Shown here piece after piece: positions 20,890 through 32,238 of a DNA stretch of 64,000 bases (position 1 is the stretch's first letter; the number at the start of each line of letters is the position of its first letter). The notes under the pieces were generated by a model. The model was not told the DNA's origin, did not search any database, and was given only the letters and a program-made list of their open reading frames with translations. Both the position numbers and the translations under genes were made by a program. Source of the stretch: Bdellovibrionota bacterium (GTDB taxonomy: Bacteria > Bdellovibrionota_C > UBA2361 > OMIW01); contig JBIIHQ010000006.1 in assembly GCA_044235645.1 (NCBI GenBank), positions 85,952-149,951 of the forward strand, read 5' to 3'.

Positions 20890-22047
20890 TCACGCATGAA
20901 CCCGATCACCGACCACCGTCTGATAGAACCGCTCAAACAGATAGCGCGAGTCGTGCGGGCCGGGTGATGCTTCGGGGTGATATTGAACACTGAATGCACG
21001 GAGCTCCGGGACCACGAGCCCTTCAACCGTGCCATCATTTAGATTGACGTGGGACACCACCACGTTATTCGGGAGAGAACCCTGGTCGACCGCAAACCCA
21101 TGATTCTGGACTGTTATCTCAACCTTCCCAGTCGCAATATCCTTCACCGGATGGTTCCCACCTCGGTGCCCAAACTTGAGCTTAAACGTCTTCCCTCCCA
21201 CCGCCTGTCCAAGTATCTGATGTCCGAGACAGATACCGAAAAACGGCACCGTACCAAGCAATGCCCGCGCCGGTTCGACCACGTAATCGAGCGTGGCGGG
21301 ATCGCCCGGTCCGTTCGAGAGAAAAATCCCATCAGGTCGGAGCGCCTTAATCGCATCGGCTGAGGTCGATGCAGGAACGACCGTCACCCGAAATCCCACA
21401 TCAACGAGCAACCTCAGAATGTGGCGTTTAATTCCACAATCCACCGCAACAACGTGCGGTCTGGTCACCAGCGATTCAAACGGCACTTCCTGAGTCCCTC
21501 GCGCAAGATCCCACGGGAGTTCATTCCACGCATACGGTTTTACACAGGTAACCGCCTTAACGTAATCCTTTCCCTCCATCGATCCGGCAGCCCGCGCCAT
21601 CGACACCAGGTCGTCAACCGCGATTCGCTCCCCCGCAAAAAGCGCCCCCATCTGTGCGCCGTGGGAACGAAGGTGAGTGGTAACCGCTCGGGTATCGATC
21701 CCACCGATACCAGTCACCCCGGCATTCCGCAAATACTCACCGAGAGACCGTCGAGCCCGAAAGTTAGAGGTGATCGTGCTGACCTCGCGGACGACAACAC
21801 CATCAACAAACACCCGCCCACTCTCAACATCGTCATCGTTACACCCGACATTCCCGATATGCGGGTAGGTGAAGCACATAATCTGCCCCGCATAGCTCGG
21901 GTCAGTGAGAATCTCCTGATAGCCGTACATCGAGGTATTAAAGACCACCTCTCCGACCGAGGGGCGAAGACTAGGCGCACCGAACCCGTATCCCCGAAAA
22001 ACGGTGCCGTCCGCGAGGGCGAGCACTGCTGGTACCATACCTCTCAT
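20890..22047 (-). CDS. carA: Carbamoyl-phosphate synthase small subunit
   Basis: [45 protein letters not shown]. Confidence 0.99.
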   Translation of the reverse strand: MRGMVPAVLALADGTVFRGYGFGAPSLRPSVGEVVFNTSMYGYQEILTDPSYAGQIMCFTYPHIGNVGCNDDDVESGRVFVDGVVVREVSTITSNFRARRSLGEYLRNAGVTGIGGIDTRAVTTHLRSHGAQMGALFAGERIAVDDLVSMARAAGSMEGKDYVKAVTCVKPYAWNELPWDLARGTQEVPFESLVTRPHVVAVDCGIKRHILRLLVDVGFRVTVVPASTSADAIKALRPDGIFLSNGPGDPATLDYVVEPARALLGTVPFFGICLGHQILGQAVGGKTFKLKFGHRGGNHPVKDIATGKVEITVQNHGFAVDQGSLPNNVVVSHVNLNDGTVEGLVVPELRAFSVQYHPEASPGPHDSRYLFERFYQTVVGDRVHA

Positions 22048-23348
22048 ACGAGCCTCCCCTCACGAACCACCACCTTACCCGCGACCATCACAAGCTCCGC
22101 CATCCCCTGCATATCCGCATCAAGGAAAGGGGTATTCTTGCTCTTCGATGCAATCCGATCACTCGACAATGTCCAGATGCGATCGGGATTAATCACCGCG
22201 ATATCAGCGGGAGCTCCCTTTATCAGTGTCCCGATTCCCGGCACCAGTCTTTCGAGCGAGAAGCACTTCGCAGCCTCCACGGTCATTGCGGCCACCGCTC
22301 GGGTTCTCGTCAGCACTCCATCACGGACAAGCCCGAGAATAATCGGCAAGGTCGTCTGCAATCCGAGAATACCAAAGGTAGCCCGAACAAACTCAACCCG
22401 CTTCGAATCAGGATCGTGAGGGGCGTGGTCTGACGCGATACAATCAATCGTCCCATCAGCAAGCCCCTCCCGGAGAGCCGCCACATCTTCTGCCTCTCGT
22501 AACGGGGGACTCATCTTGTAGGCAGTATCGTACAGACCCACCTTATCCTCGGTGAAAACAAGATGGTGCGGGGTCACCTCTCCCGTCACCCTCAATCCAT
22601 CGCTCTTCGCACGCCGCAGCAATTCAACACCCCGTGCGGTCGAAAGATGGCACAGGTGCACCCTTCCCCCCGTTAAACGAGCTAATTCAATATCTCGGGC
22701 TATCATGACATCTTCGGCAACCCGCGGCATTCCCGGGATACCAAGCCGATACGAGAGGGGTGATTCGTTCATCGCCCCGCCGTGGCTGAGCTGCTTATCC
22801 TCCTCGTGGCACGAGATGATCCCATCATGCATCCGCGCCCATTCGAGGGCACGTCTCATCAACCCAGAATCAGATATCGGCTCACCATCATCGGAGAACG
22901 CAACACATCCCGCCGCCGTCAGTTCAGAGAGAGGCGCAAGCTCAACCCCCGCCAAGCCGATTGAAACCGCACCAATAGGGTACACCCGCGCGCGCCCCGC
23001 TTCGGCCGCCTTGCCCCTGATGTAGCTCACTACCTCAGCACTATCAGTGCGGGGGAGGGTATTCGGCATACAACACACCGTCGTAAAACCTCCCAACACC
23101 GCCGCAGCGGTTCCCGTGTCTATTGTTTCCTTCCACTCCTGTCCCGGCTCGCGCAGGTGGGTGTGAATATCGACCAGTCCCGGGAGAACCCACCGACCGC
23201 GTGCATCGATGATCTCATCATCCTTATTCGGAACGATTGACCCGTGCGGCGCGATAGCTTCGACCGTTCCCGACTCAATAAAGATGTCAAACGCCCCTTC
23301 GCCCACTCCACCTGGATCAACGACATATCCCCCAACAACCGCCTTCAT
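22044..23348 (-). CDS. pyrC: Dihydroorotase
   Basis: [31 protein letters not shown]. Confidence 0.97.
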   Translation of the reverse strand: MKAVVGGYVVDPGGVGEGAFDIFIESGTVEAIAPHGSIVPNKDDEIIDARGRWVLPGLVDIHTHLREPGQEWKETIDTGTAAAVLGGFTTVCCMPNTLPRTDSAEVVSYIRGKAAEAGRARVYPIGAVSIGLAGVELAPLSELTAAGCVAFSDDGEPISDSGLMRRALEWARMHDGIISCHEEDKQLSHGGAMNESPLSYRLGIPGMPRVAEDVMIARDIELARLTGGRVHLCHLSTARGVELLRRAKSDGLRVTGEVTPHHLVFTEDKVGLYDTAYKMSPPLREAEDVAALREGLADGTIDCIASDHAPHDPDSKRVEFVRATFGILGLQTTLPIILGLVRDGVLTRTRAVAAMTVEAAKCFSLERLVPGIGTLIKGAPADIAVINPDRIWTLSSDRIASKSKNTPFLDADMQGMAELVMVAGKVVVREGRLV

Positions 23349-24316
23349 ATCGATCCCCCCTCACTACTCTCTGCCGCTCCTGCTCCTCTCGTGGCCGCGA
23401 GGGTGACAAGAATCGCCATCCGCATCGCCAGCCCGCTCTGCACCTGTAAGGTAACGAGAGAGCGCTCCCCATCTGCAACATCCGAATCAATCTCGACCCC
23501 CCGATTCATCGGCCCCGGATGCAGCACCACTGCATCGGGAGCGTGAATCCGAAGTACCTTTTCCGACACTCCATAATGACGGGCATACTCCTCCAGCGAC
23601 GGAATAAAAAACCGAGTCATCCGCTCTCGCTGCAACCGGAGACACATCACTACATCCGCTCCCGCAATCCCCTCTCCGAGCGAATGATGGACCGTCACGC
23701 GATTTCCAAAACACCGTGCATGCGCAAGATCGGAGGGAACAAGGGTCGGCGGGCCAACAAGGCGTACCTTATTTCCGAGCAGGCTGAGCGCGAGAATATT
23801 GCTTCGCGCGACCCTCGAGTGCGCGACGTCGCCGACGATCGCAACCGTCTTTCCCACTGGAACCTCTCCGAAATGGCGCATCAGGGTCAAACAATCAAGA
23901 AGGGCTTGACTTGGGTGCTCGTGAGTACCATCTCCCGCGTTGACGACACAGGTCGATGACAAATAGCGAGCAAGAAGATGCGGAGCGCCACTCGCTGAGT
24001 GCCGAACCACCAGAATATCGGGGGACATTGAAGCAAGCGTAATTGCGGTATCGAGCAGCGATTCCCCCTTTTTTGTCGAGCTCGCCGACTCGCTGATATT
24101 GACTACATCAGCAGAGAGCCGCTTACCCGCCAGTTCAAAACTGGTGCGAGTTCGGGTACTCGGCTCCATAAAGAGATTGATCACCGTCCGACCCCGTAAC
24201 GTCGGAACCTTCTTAATCACCCGCTCCGACACCTCATGCATCGTCATCGCGTTGGTGAGCAGGGTGTGGATATCTTCCACCCGCATTCCCTCAATTCCGA
24301 GAAGGTGTGCCCTCAT
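23345..24316 (-). CDS. pyrB: Aspartate carbamoyltransferase catalytic subunit
   Basis: EPSTRTRTSFE, NAGDGTHEHPSQALLD, HPGPMNRGVEI. Confidence 0.98.
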   Translation of the reverse strand: MRAHLLGIEGMRVEDIHTLLTNAMTMHEVSERVIKKVPTLRGRTVINLFMEPSTRTRTSFELAGKRLSADVVNISESASSTKKGESLLDTAITLASMSPDILVVRHSASGAPHLLARYLSSTCVVNAGDGTHEHPSQALLDCLTLMRHFGEVPVGKTVAIVGDVAHSRVARSNILALSLLGNKVRLVGPPTLVPSDLAHARCFGNRVTVHHSLGEGIAGADVVMCLRLQRERMTRFFIPSLEEYARHYGVSEKVLRIHAPDAVVLHPGPMNRGVEIDSDVADGERSLVTLQVQSGLAMRMAILVTLAATRGAGAAESSEGGSI

Positions 24317-24438
24317 ACCGTGCCCTTATAGTGCGGCCCTTGCTGAGCCATCTTGCTCCGTCCCGAGCGCACGACCGCCCGTCAGCTCAAATCAGGCCTT
24401 CAAGACCCGACCGCCAGCCGAACGATCGCGCTCCCCGA

Positions 24439-25008
24439 TTATCGATCGCCTCCTCGATGCACCAGATAGACCGCATCCTGATACCCCATCTCAGAAACTC
24501 GTAGCCGCACCATATCGCTCTTCGAGGTAGGTACATTCTTGCCGACAAAGTCAGGGCGTATCGGCAACTCTCGGTGCCCTCGATCCACCAACACCGCCAG
24601 CTCCACCGTCTGCGGGCGTCCGAAATCCATAATTGCATCGAGAGCCGCTCGGATCGTGCGACCAGTGTAGAGAACATCGTCAATTAAAATGATCCGGGAA
24701 CCGGTCACCCGAAACGGAAGGTCGGTATCTTTGATCGTTGGATAGGTTTCGGACACCCCAATATCATCCCGATAGAGGGTGATATCGATAACACCAAACG
24801 GAACCAGGGTCCCCTCAATCTGTTGTATCCGATGCTGAATCCGTTTCCCGAGAACTTCTCCCCCCGTTTTAATCCCAACGATAGCAAGACGGGAGATATC
24901 TCCCTCTCGCTCGAGGATTTCGTAACTCATCCGCGAGATACACCGTGAGATAGTCTCAGTGTCAAGCATCTCCTTCCATTCGCGAGGAACGTGTTTAGGT
25001 TGAGTCAT
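24439..25008 (-). CDS. pyrR: PyrR (pyrimidine regulator / uracil phosphoribosyltransferase)
   Basis: DITLYRDD, LIDDVLYTGRTIRAALDA, DRGHRELPIRPDFVGKNVPT. Confidence 0.97.
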   Translation of the reverse strand: MTQPKHVPREWKEMLDTETISRCISRMSYEILEREGDISRLAIVGIKTGGEVLGKRIQHRIQQIEGTLVPFGVIDITLYRDDIGVSETYPTIKDTDLPFRVTGSRIILIDDVLYTGRTIRAALDAIMDFGRPQTVELAVLVDRGHRELPIRPDFVGKNVPTSKSDMVRLRVSEMGYQDAVYLVHRGGDR

Positions 25009-25418
25009 AGGGATGAGGTCTCCTGTGAGTGCGTGGTCTTGATGATTGAGCGGCCCTGATGATCGGCATCATCGGTGCCACTCAGCATGCTCTCGTCATA
25101 CCGGCAATAAGGACACGCAAGAACGCGCCCGTCCAGAACCATGAAGAGCAGGGCTGTGTGCAAATGCGAGGTAAGGGAAACGACGGAAGAAGCGGAAGGG
25201 CCAACAGGCGAGAGTAGGCGCGGGCAAACGATTGAGTTAAAAGAGAGCTCCCGTGCGCCCATCTGACACACCCCCCCCTGTCTCAACCAATCTTGCCAAC
25301 GTCACCACAGATCTGGCAGCGCTCTTTGCAAATTCACGGATTCACACTTAAAGAGCATTCGAGGAAGGGTAGCAGATGTGAGGCGGGGTAATCAAGGCAG
25401 CTTGTGGACTACCGATGC

Positions 25419-25497
25419 GCCTCAAATTAAATGTCCTCGAACGAAAAGGATTCAGCAAATCTTGAGGGGCGGTTGACTCAAAATTCATGTCCTCGAA
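25419..25497. repeat. Two imperfect direct copies of the IS end motif at the left end
   Basis: GCCTCAAATTAAATGTCCTCGAA (25419-25441) versus GACTCAAAATTCATGTCCTCGAA (25475-25497). Confidence 0.75.
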
Positions 25498-26899
25498 ACG
25501 TAGGAGGCATGAATGAACGAGCAAGAGAAACGTTGTATTGTTGGGGTATTTCGTGGGCGCTATGCCCGTGGTGGCAAGAAGGAGAAGGGGGAGATACTGT
25601 ATGAGCTTTGTGAGCAACTGAGCGTCTCCCGGCGGCATGTCCGTCGTCTTTTAGCGAAGAAGGAGGTAGGTCGGCCAAGGAAACCGCGCAAGCGGGGGAG
25701 AGCGAGGAGATATGGGGACCCCTCTTTTGAGAAGGCTCTGAGAGACTTTTGGAAGACGACTCGCTATATGTGCTCGCGCCACCTGAAGGCGGCTATTCCG
25801 GAATGGATTGACTACCTTGAGCAAGAAAGGGGGGCGTATGCTCCCGAAACAAAGCAGCTTCTCCTTTCAGTGAGCGCCTCTACGATCGACCGTATCCTTA
25901 AGCCATTCAAAGGCTGCAAGGGGAAGTCACTTACCCAGAAGGGGGGATTTCGAGAGCAAATACCGATTCAAGAGAGCGTGTGGCGCATCGAAGAGCCCGG
26001 CTTTCTTGAAAGCGACACTGTTGCCCACTGTGGCGGGTCGACTCTCGGGGAGTATGTTCATACCCTGACGATGGTCTATCTTGCATCGACATGGACCGAA
26101 ACGCGAGCGACTTTCGGTAAGGGCTCTACGCCGATTGTCTATGCAATCGAGGACATCGAAAGACAGCTACCCTTTGCCATCAAAGGGTACGACTGTGATA
26201 ACGGCACTGAAGTGCTCAACAAGCATGTGCTGCGGTATTTCATCGATGAGCGCACATCTCGGGGACTCCCACCGGTACACGTTACCCGTTCACGAGAGTA
26301 CAAGAAAAACGATAATGCACACGTGGAGCAGAGGAATAACTCAGTCTCCCGTCGCTGGCTTGGGTACGAGCGTCTCGACCATCGGGAGCTTGCCCCTCTG
26401 GTAAATTACTACTTCCGCGACATCGTATGCCCTCTGATGAACCACTTTTTTCCGAGCTTTAAGCTCGCCGATAAGGTGCTCGTAAAAAGCCGAACACACG
26501 TCGCGTGTACAAGAGCCCCGTGACTCCCTACTCACGCATCATGGCTTCTCCCTTCGTCGACGAGAAGACCAAGCTCAGATTGAAGGCGCAGCACAACCAG
26601 CTCAATCCATTACGCCTCTTAGCCCAAGAAAAATCGGTCCGCAAACAGATTGACCAGCTACTCAAAGCTCTCAACAGCGGAGAGCCCTCTGCGGGACTCT
26701 TGACGGTCCCTCCGTTGGCTCCCTGTTTCTCGCCATCACCCCTTGCTACGCAAGCCTCCACCCCTCCCCCCTGCTCGCCCCCTCCCTTCCCCGAGGGGGC
26801 TGCGCCGAACCCCGTTACACTTTTCAGGGTTTCTTCACACCCTAAATCACACTCAACAAGGGACCGTCATAAATTTCGAGGACATGATTTATGAGTCAA
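25473..26899 (+). mobile_element. Insertion sequence (rve-type DDE transposase, ISNCY/IS1202-like), minimum extent
   Basis: Inverted repeats TTGACTCAAAATTCATGTCCTCGAAA (25473-25498) and TTTCGAGGACATGATTTATGAGTCAA (26874-26899) match at 24/26 and bracket a transposase. The true left end may be further out (see 25419). No target-site duplication found. Confidence 0.8.
25513..26894 (+). pseudogene. Frameshifted DDE transposase
   Basis: N-terminal HTH, PGFLESDTVAHCG, DCDNGTE, REYKKNDNAHVEQRN. The typical C-terminus (YKSPVTPYSRIM..LNP) is in another frame; the shift maps to CGAACACACGT at 26491-26501. Confidence 0.85.
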
Positions 26900-27123
26900 A
26901 AGGCTACTCCCCCCTCCACAGAACAGCCTCATGAAATCGCCTACGTCGGCTCTTCCCAATCCCCTAGGAGAATGAGAGGCCGGAGCATACATCGGAGCCA
27001 TTCGACCATGCTAAGGCTCCTGATTCTATCAGCCTCACCCCGGGAGGCCACCAGCGGTTGCCTCTCCACCCCACAACGTACGCGAGACTTCCTCCCGTTG
27101 CGCCGAGCGGCTTTTTCTCTCTC

Positions 27124-27810
27124 TTACCCCCTCTCCCCAAACACCTCGGCCGTAAACTCCTTCCCCACTGAGTATTCCGATAGCCATATACCAAAATAAG
27201 TCCGAGCGAATGCCGTGCTTGATATCGCTATCAGCTCTGGTTCCCGTTCATTGAACCACAGCTTCATGGTCCCTGTTTCCGGTTCGTAGGTTATTGCGTA
27301 GCGATCACCCTCCTTGACGCCAACGTAGGCCTTGTTAATCGCAGAGAGTTGAGGCTCCAGCGCCGCAAGCTCGACTCCCGGGGTATCCTCGAGCACCTCT
27401 TGCGACTTTTCGCGGAACTGATCGGGGCTCACCGATCGGTGATAACAGAGGACGAGTTTCTTCCTGACCTCCCCGCGGATAGCATCGCGCGATTGCGCTG
27501 TTGGGGGTGCATACAGAGCTCCGGTGTAAACCCGAAATCCCCAATATCGGAAGGTGCTGGTACCCCGGAGTGAGAGCACTTCACCATTGAGCTCGATGCT
27601 CGGGACGAAACAGCATCCGTGGTGGCAGCGCGGAGGATTTGCTGAGGATGTTTCGATTTCTTCCCCACCTGCGCCATACGCGGACGTGCAGAGGAAGAGG
27701 AAAAGAAAAACAGCGGCTGAGCTTCTCGCCTTAGTGACGGAAAGAGGACCATTTCCCCCGTTCAAAACCAAACGATATAGCGAGAGAGTGGTTTTGAACA
27801 TGAGTAGCAA
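27124..27810 (-). CDS. Chalcone isomerase-like exported protein (Chalcone_3 type)
   Basis: LSLRGTSTFRYWGFRVYTGALY, VKEGDRYAITY, FARTYFGIWLS; signal-like AVFLFLFLCTSAYG. Start uncertain. Confidence 0.82.
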   Translation of the reverse strand: MLLMFKTTLSLYRLVLNGGNGPLSVTKARSSAAVFLFLFLCTSAYGAGGEEIETSSANPPRCHHGCCFVPSIELNGEVLSLRGTSTFRYWGFRVYTGALYAPPTAQSRDAIRGEVRKKLVLCYHRSVSPDQFREKSQEVLEDTPGVELAALEPQLSAINKAYVGVKEGDRYAITYEPETGTMKLWFNEREPELIAISSTAFARTYFGIWLSEYSVGKEFTAEVFGERG

Positions 27811-27828
27811 CTTATCGGCGTTATCTAA

Positions 27829-29604
27829 TTACCTGCGACCCCCTCGTCGCATGTTCAGATTCGCCCAGTACACATACGAGAGGTTAATGAGGGAGAATAT
27901 CCACTGTGCGGGAGAGAGATACAGCATCATCTCACCGAGCACAAGCTTCTCGGATGCGCCCGAGATATCGAGTAAAATGTTGAGGATTGATTCGATTGCG
28001 AGGATCATTACAAATCTTCCCGTTATCGCTCGATTTTCCTCCTTTTCTTGCACAGAAACCTTTCTTCGAGGTGGCCTCAACAGTCCTCCGATGAGATACA
28101 CCCACAAAATAAGGGCAAGATACGAGATTAAACTCGAATAGAGCGACGGGGGTGAAGATACAACCCAGATTTGGATTTCGCCAAGGTTTACCGAGGAAAC
28201 ACCCCACTGAACTGGCGCAAGGGCAGCTATCTGGAGAAAAAGCACTGCAGCGCCGAATACAGTCGTCACCATTTGCCGCGCTAAAACCTCAGTCGATAAC
28301 GAAGGCAACGCCGCGATGGTCGCGGGGACAAAAAGCGACAACCAGATAAGGAGTGATACTCCCCGCATGTGCCGCACAAGCACCTCTCTGACCGCCCTTT
28401 CATTCGAGGTTAATCCGAGCCGAAATGCACCCCGGGATAGCGCTGTCGATACGAGAGCGCTCGTCACTACGATAGAGGCGTATCCCCCTACCATCGTCAA
28501 TGGGGATTCGAATGATGAGCCAAAAACATTGAGAGTGACATGTAGAAAAACAGCAGAAACGATCGCTGCTGCACATACCACCGCCCCAAGCAACATGGCG
28601 GCCAAAAAGGAGTGCTCAACCCCCATCTGACGAAACACTCCTGAGGCAGGCTCAACCAATCGGGATATTGCTAAAGGACTTGCTGCGAGGGGACCTTCTT
28701 TCAGAGAGTCGTTGATTGTGGGCTGAGCAAAGGCTCCAGATTGACGCCGAGTGCTGAGGGTTACCCCCGCTACCTCACTGAAAAGACCGTCATCACACAA
28801 AGGTCGATTCGTAGGGTCTTTATCAAGAAGGCTCAATATCAGGTCCTCGAGACCCGACGACACCGTAACAATCTCAGATGGAGCGACGGGTAATTGCTCA
28901 AGATGTGCCTGCATCATCTCCGTCATCTTGTCCCCCTTCCACGGCGCGGTACCAGTTACCATCTGATACAAGATGACCCCCAGTGCGTACATATCGCTCG
29001 CAAATGAGGGGTCAGCGCCATCCCACAGCTCGGGAGCCAGATAGAGGGAAGTTCCCATGAGAGCATTGGTAACAGTCAAATCGGATTGAATCGAACGGGC
29101 TAGTCCAAAGTCAATTATCTTGACGGTATTCCCGGCAGTGACGAGGATATTAGAGGGTTTTAGGTCTCGATGGACGATGCCCTTATAATGAATCGCTGCT
29201 AGTCCCTCAACGATCTGTTTTATGAGCGGAACGCTTTGAGATTCAGGCAAAGCTCCCCCTTTTATCCTCTGAGCAAGGGATTGCCCCGGTACATACTCCA
29301 TCGAGACGTACATGAGCGCATCATCAGCCTGAAGGTCAAATACACGGCATACATGTGGATGAGCTATTTTCCGCCCGAGCTGAGCTTCCCTTACAAAACG
29401 CTCGAACCCATCCTCCGATGCGTGTCCTCCTCGATTAAATACTTTGAGCGCCACTAATTCATCGCCGAGAACCGTATCGTGCGCGAGGAACACCCCGCCC
29501 ATTGCCCCCCGGCCGAGAGGCCGTACAATTCGGTATCGCCCTCCGACGAAAGAGCCCGACGGGAGCTCTGGCTGGTCGGCTGGCAAGTCTAACGAAGTCA
29601 TCAT
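27829..29604 (-). CDS. Hanks-type Ser/Thr protein kinase with multi-pass membrane C-terminus
   Basis: GRGAMGGV, VALK, HRDLKPSN, DFG, YLAPE, SDMYALG, followed by about 7 hydrophobic segments. Confidence 0.93.
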   Translation of the reverse strand: MMTSLDLPADQPELPSGSFVGGRYRIVRPLGRGAMGGVFLAHDTVLGDELVALKVFNRGGHASEDGFERFVREAQLGRKIAHPHVCRVFDLQADDALMYVSMEYVPGQSLAQRIKGGALPESQSVPLIKQIVEGLAAIHYKGIVHRDLKPSNILVTAGNTVKIIDFGLARSIQSDLTVTNALMGTSLYLAPELWDGADPSFASDMYALGVILYQMVTGTAPWKGDKMTEMMQAHLEQLPVAPSEIVTVSSGLEDLILSLLDKDPTNRPLCDDGLFSEVAGVTLSTRRQSGAFAQPTINDSLKEGPLAASPLAISRLVEPASGVFRQMGVEHSFLAAMLLGAVVCAAAIVSAVFLHVTLNVFGSSFESPLTMVGGYASIVVTSALVSTALSRGAFRLGLTSNERAVREVLVRHMRGVSLLIWLSLFVPATIAALPSLSTEVLARQMVTTVFGAAVLFLQIAALAPVQWGVSSVNLGEIQIWVVSSPPSLYSSLISYLALILWVYLIGGLLRPPRRKVSVQEKEENRAITGRFVMILAIESILNILLDISGASEKLVLGEMMLYLSPAQWIFSLINLSYVYWANLNMRRGGRR

Positions 29605-29939
29605 TGATTGAGAGAATTATCGTCGGGTCGTTCCCGGGGACGAGGCGAGGTTTTACCCTTGTTAGATGCGAAATCGATAAAAATTATGCAATAACTCGAA
29701 GAACTGGGCACTGCCCTTTCTCAGAGATAGTGAGGGTGGTAATCAATGCTCCCCACACGTATCATGTGGGTTAAGAATCCTGATAAAGGGTTTGGAACCT
29801 CACGGAGTAGTGAAAAATGATTTCCCGTTGCCCACTTTGATAGTTTGACCGCAACTTCCTCAAAACTCTCACAATCCTTCCGACGAAACCATTTTTTACC
29901 ATCCTGCTAAACTATTTTGTTCAAAAGGTTACGGACGAC

Positions 29940-31589
29940 ATGGGGACCTTTCAGTACCAACCACTATTCGAATTTGGCGATGACACAACCAGCTATCGCA
30001 AACTTTCAACCAGCGGTATATCCTCTGAGGTCGTCGGAGGGCGCGAACTATTAATTATTGAACCGGAAGCGCTGCAGTTGCTTGCGGATACGGCGTTCGA
30101 CGATGTGTCGCATCTGCTACGAACCACTCACCTTCAGAAGCTCGCGGCAATTCTCGACGACCCCGAGAGCTCGCCGAATGACAAATTTGTGGCAACCGAA
30201 CTCCTTCGGAACGCAACGATCGCTGCGGCACGTGAGTTTCCTTCATGCCAAGACACCGGAACTGCTCTTATTTTGGGGAAAAAGGGCGAGAATACATTCA
30301 CCGGCGTCGATGATGCTGAGTGGCTCTCACGAGGAGTGTACGACTGCTATCAGCGGCGTAATCTTCGGTACTCGCAGCTTGCGCCACTCTCGCTGTTTGA
30401 GGAGAAAAATACGGGAGATAATCTTCCCGCACAAATCGATCTGTACGCGACCACGGGGGGTGAGTATTCGTTTCTTTTTATCGCGAAAGGGGGGGGGAGT
30501 GCGAATAAGAGCTATCTCTTTCAGAAAAATAAATCGCTACTGAATCCCACCTCATTTGAGGCGTTCGTCCGTGAGGCTATCACGGGTCTGGGAACCGCCG
30601 CGTGTCCGCCCTATCATCTTGCCATTGTAATCGGGGGGACTTCCGCCGAGATGACTCTGAAAACGGTCAAACTCGCGAGCTGCGGATATCTCGATCACCT
30701 TCCCTCTACCGGTAACGCACGAGGTCGTGCATTCCGAGATCGCGAAATGGAGATCCAGTGCGAGCAGTGGGCACGGGAATCAGGTATCGGAGCGCAGTTC
30801 GGAGGAAAGTATTTCGTTCACGATGTTCGCGTCATTCGGCTACCTCGGCACGGAGCTTCATGCCCGGTGGGAATTGGGGTCAGCTGCTCGGCCGACCGAC
30901 AGATCAAAGGCAAAATTACCAAAGACGGCATCTTTCTCGAACAGCTTGAGGAACACCCTGAGCGGTTTCTTCCCGCCCACCCCGAGCAGTATGGGGGAGA
31001 GGCGATTTCCGTTGATCTCAATCGCCCAATGGCTGAGCTTCTCGCGACCCTCTCAAAGCTACCAGTCTCGACCCGCATCATGCTGAACGGACCTCTCACC
31101 GTTGCACGCGATATTGTGCACGCCAAACTCGCGGAACGGCTCAAAGAAGGGCAGCCCCTTCCGGACTATTTCCGCAAGTTTCCCATCTATTATGCGGGGC
31201 CTGCAAAAACCCCCGCCGGGTACGCATCAGGCAGCTTCGGCCCAACCACCTCTGAGCGGATGGACCCGTACGTCGGCCTATTCCAGGAACACGGAGGCTC
31301 GCTCGTGATGCTCGGCAAAGGCAATCGCTCCCAAGCTGTGACCGAGAGCTGCGCGCAGTGGGGTGGCTTTTATCTCGGCTCTATCGGTGGCCCCGCCGCG
31401 AGGCTCGGACACGACTGCATCAAGAAGGTAGAACCGATCGACTTCCAAGAGCTCGGCATGGAAGCCGTCTGGCGGATCGAGGTCGAGAACTTCCCAGCAT
31501 TTATAATCGTGGATGACAAAGGGAATGACTTCTTCAGGCCACAGCGATCACTGGTAGGGGCTATCGGGAGTAAGAAACGAAGCGATTAA
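29940..31589 (+). CDS. fumA: Class I (Fe-S) fumarate hydratase
   Basis: [54 protein letters not shown]. Confidence 0.96.
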   Translation: MGTFQYQPLFEFGDDTTSYRKLSTSGISSEVVGGRELLIIEPEALQLLADTAFDDVSHLLRTTHLQKLAAILDDPESSPNDKFVATELLRNATIAAAREFPSCQDTGTALILGKKGENTFTGVDDAEWLSRGVYDCYQRRNLRYSQLAPLSLFEEKNTGDNLPAQIDLYATTGGEYSFLFIAKGGGSANKSYLFQKNKSLLNPTSFEAFVREAITGLGTAACPPYHLAIVIGGTSAEMTLKTVKLASCGYLDHLPSTGNARGRAFRDREMEIQCEQWARESGIGAQFGGKYFVHDVRVIRLPRHGASCPVGIGVSCSADRQIKGKITKDGIFLEQLEEHPERFLPAHPEQYGGEAISVDLNRPMAELLATLSKLPVSTRIMLNGPLTVARDIVHAKLAERLKEGQPLPDYFRKFPIYYAGPAKTPAGYASGSFGPTTSERMDPYVGLFQEHGGSLVMLGKGNRSQAVTESCAQWGGFYLGSIGGPAARLGHDCIKKVEPIDFQELGMEAVWRIEVENFPAFIIVDDKGNDFFRPQRSLVGAIGSKKRSD

Positions 31590-31844
31590 TCACGGGAACA
31601 GCTGCGAGTCCATTCTTTCTCGAAATGCTTATGGTTCGCGGACAGTCTTTCCCTTTTTTCTCAGCAAACCTATAGGATCGGGACAGCACCCTTTCATTAA
31701 GAAAAATATCCACCTGACCCATCGAACAGCTGGAGTGACTCACAAACCAAGCCTACGATTCCTTTCCTTTCTCAGAGTGGGAACCCAGGCAGCGTTGACG
31801 GTGGTGATGACTTGGGATACCATTTTTTTAATGTTTTTTCGGCT

Positions 31845-32096
31845 ATGATGCGCTTTTGGCGATGCGTTTTCGGTGCCCTTGGGTTTGCCTTCGGACTAGT
31901 GTTGCCTACTATCCTTGGGAGCAGTGGCTGGCCGCTGATCGGCTTTGTTGTCAATCTGGCCCTCTTCCTCATCAGCGCTGGCCTCCTGAGTTGGGCGTGC
32001 GGGCGAAAGTCTAGGTTCTACGAACCGCTGAGCTGTTTGGAGGGTTTCTTTGCCGGTGCCCTTGTCGGGTCGCTCATCCCCCTCATCCTTGGTTGA
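31845..32096 (+). CDS. Small three-TM membrane protein, hypothetical
   Basis: Three hydrophobic segments in 83 aa; no family recognised. Confidence 0.5.
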   Translation: MMRFWRCVFGALGFAFGLVLPTILGSSGWPLIGFVVNLALFLISAGLLSWACGRKSRFYEPLSCLEGFFAGALVGSLIPLILG

Positions 32097-32238
32097 TCCG
32101 GTTCTCGAGGGCTCCTCTACACCACGTGAGGAGCCCCTCTCTTATCGACTATCGCCTCTTCACTCCCCATACACCCTCATCGGCGCTCATCCGCAACCAG
32201 CCTGCGATTGCTCAGGTGACAAACGAGGAATGACATTA

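Noticed and set aside
17896-24530. Many long plus-strand ORFs (e.g. 21421..22419, 19841..20641)
   Set aside because: Antisense shadows of carB, carA, pyrC and pyrB, with no recognisable motifs.
25314-25330. Sigma54-like TGGCAG...TTGCA upstream of the IS
   Set aside because: GG-to-GC spacing is 11 nt rather than the required 10.
26891-27199. ORF starting in the right IS repeat
   Set aside because: It overlaps the IS end and the convergent gene, with no protein-like features.
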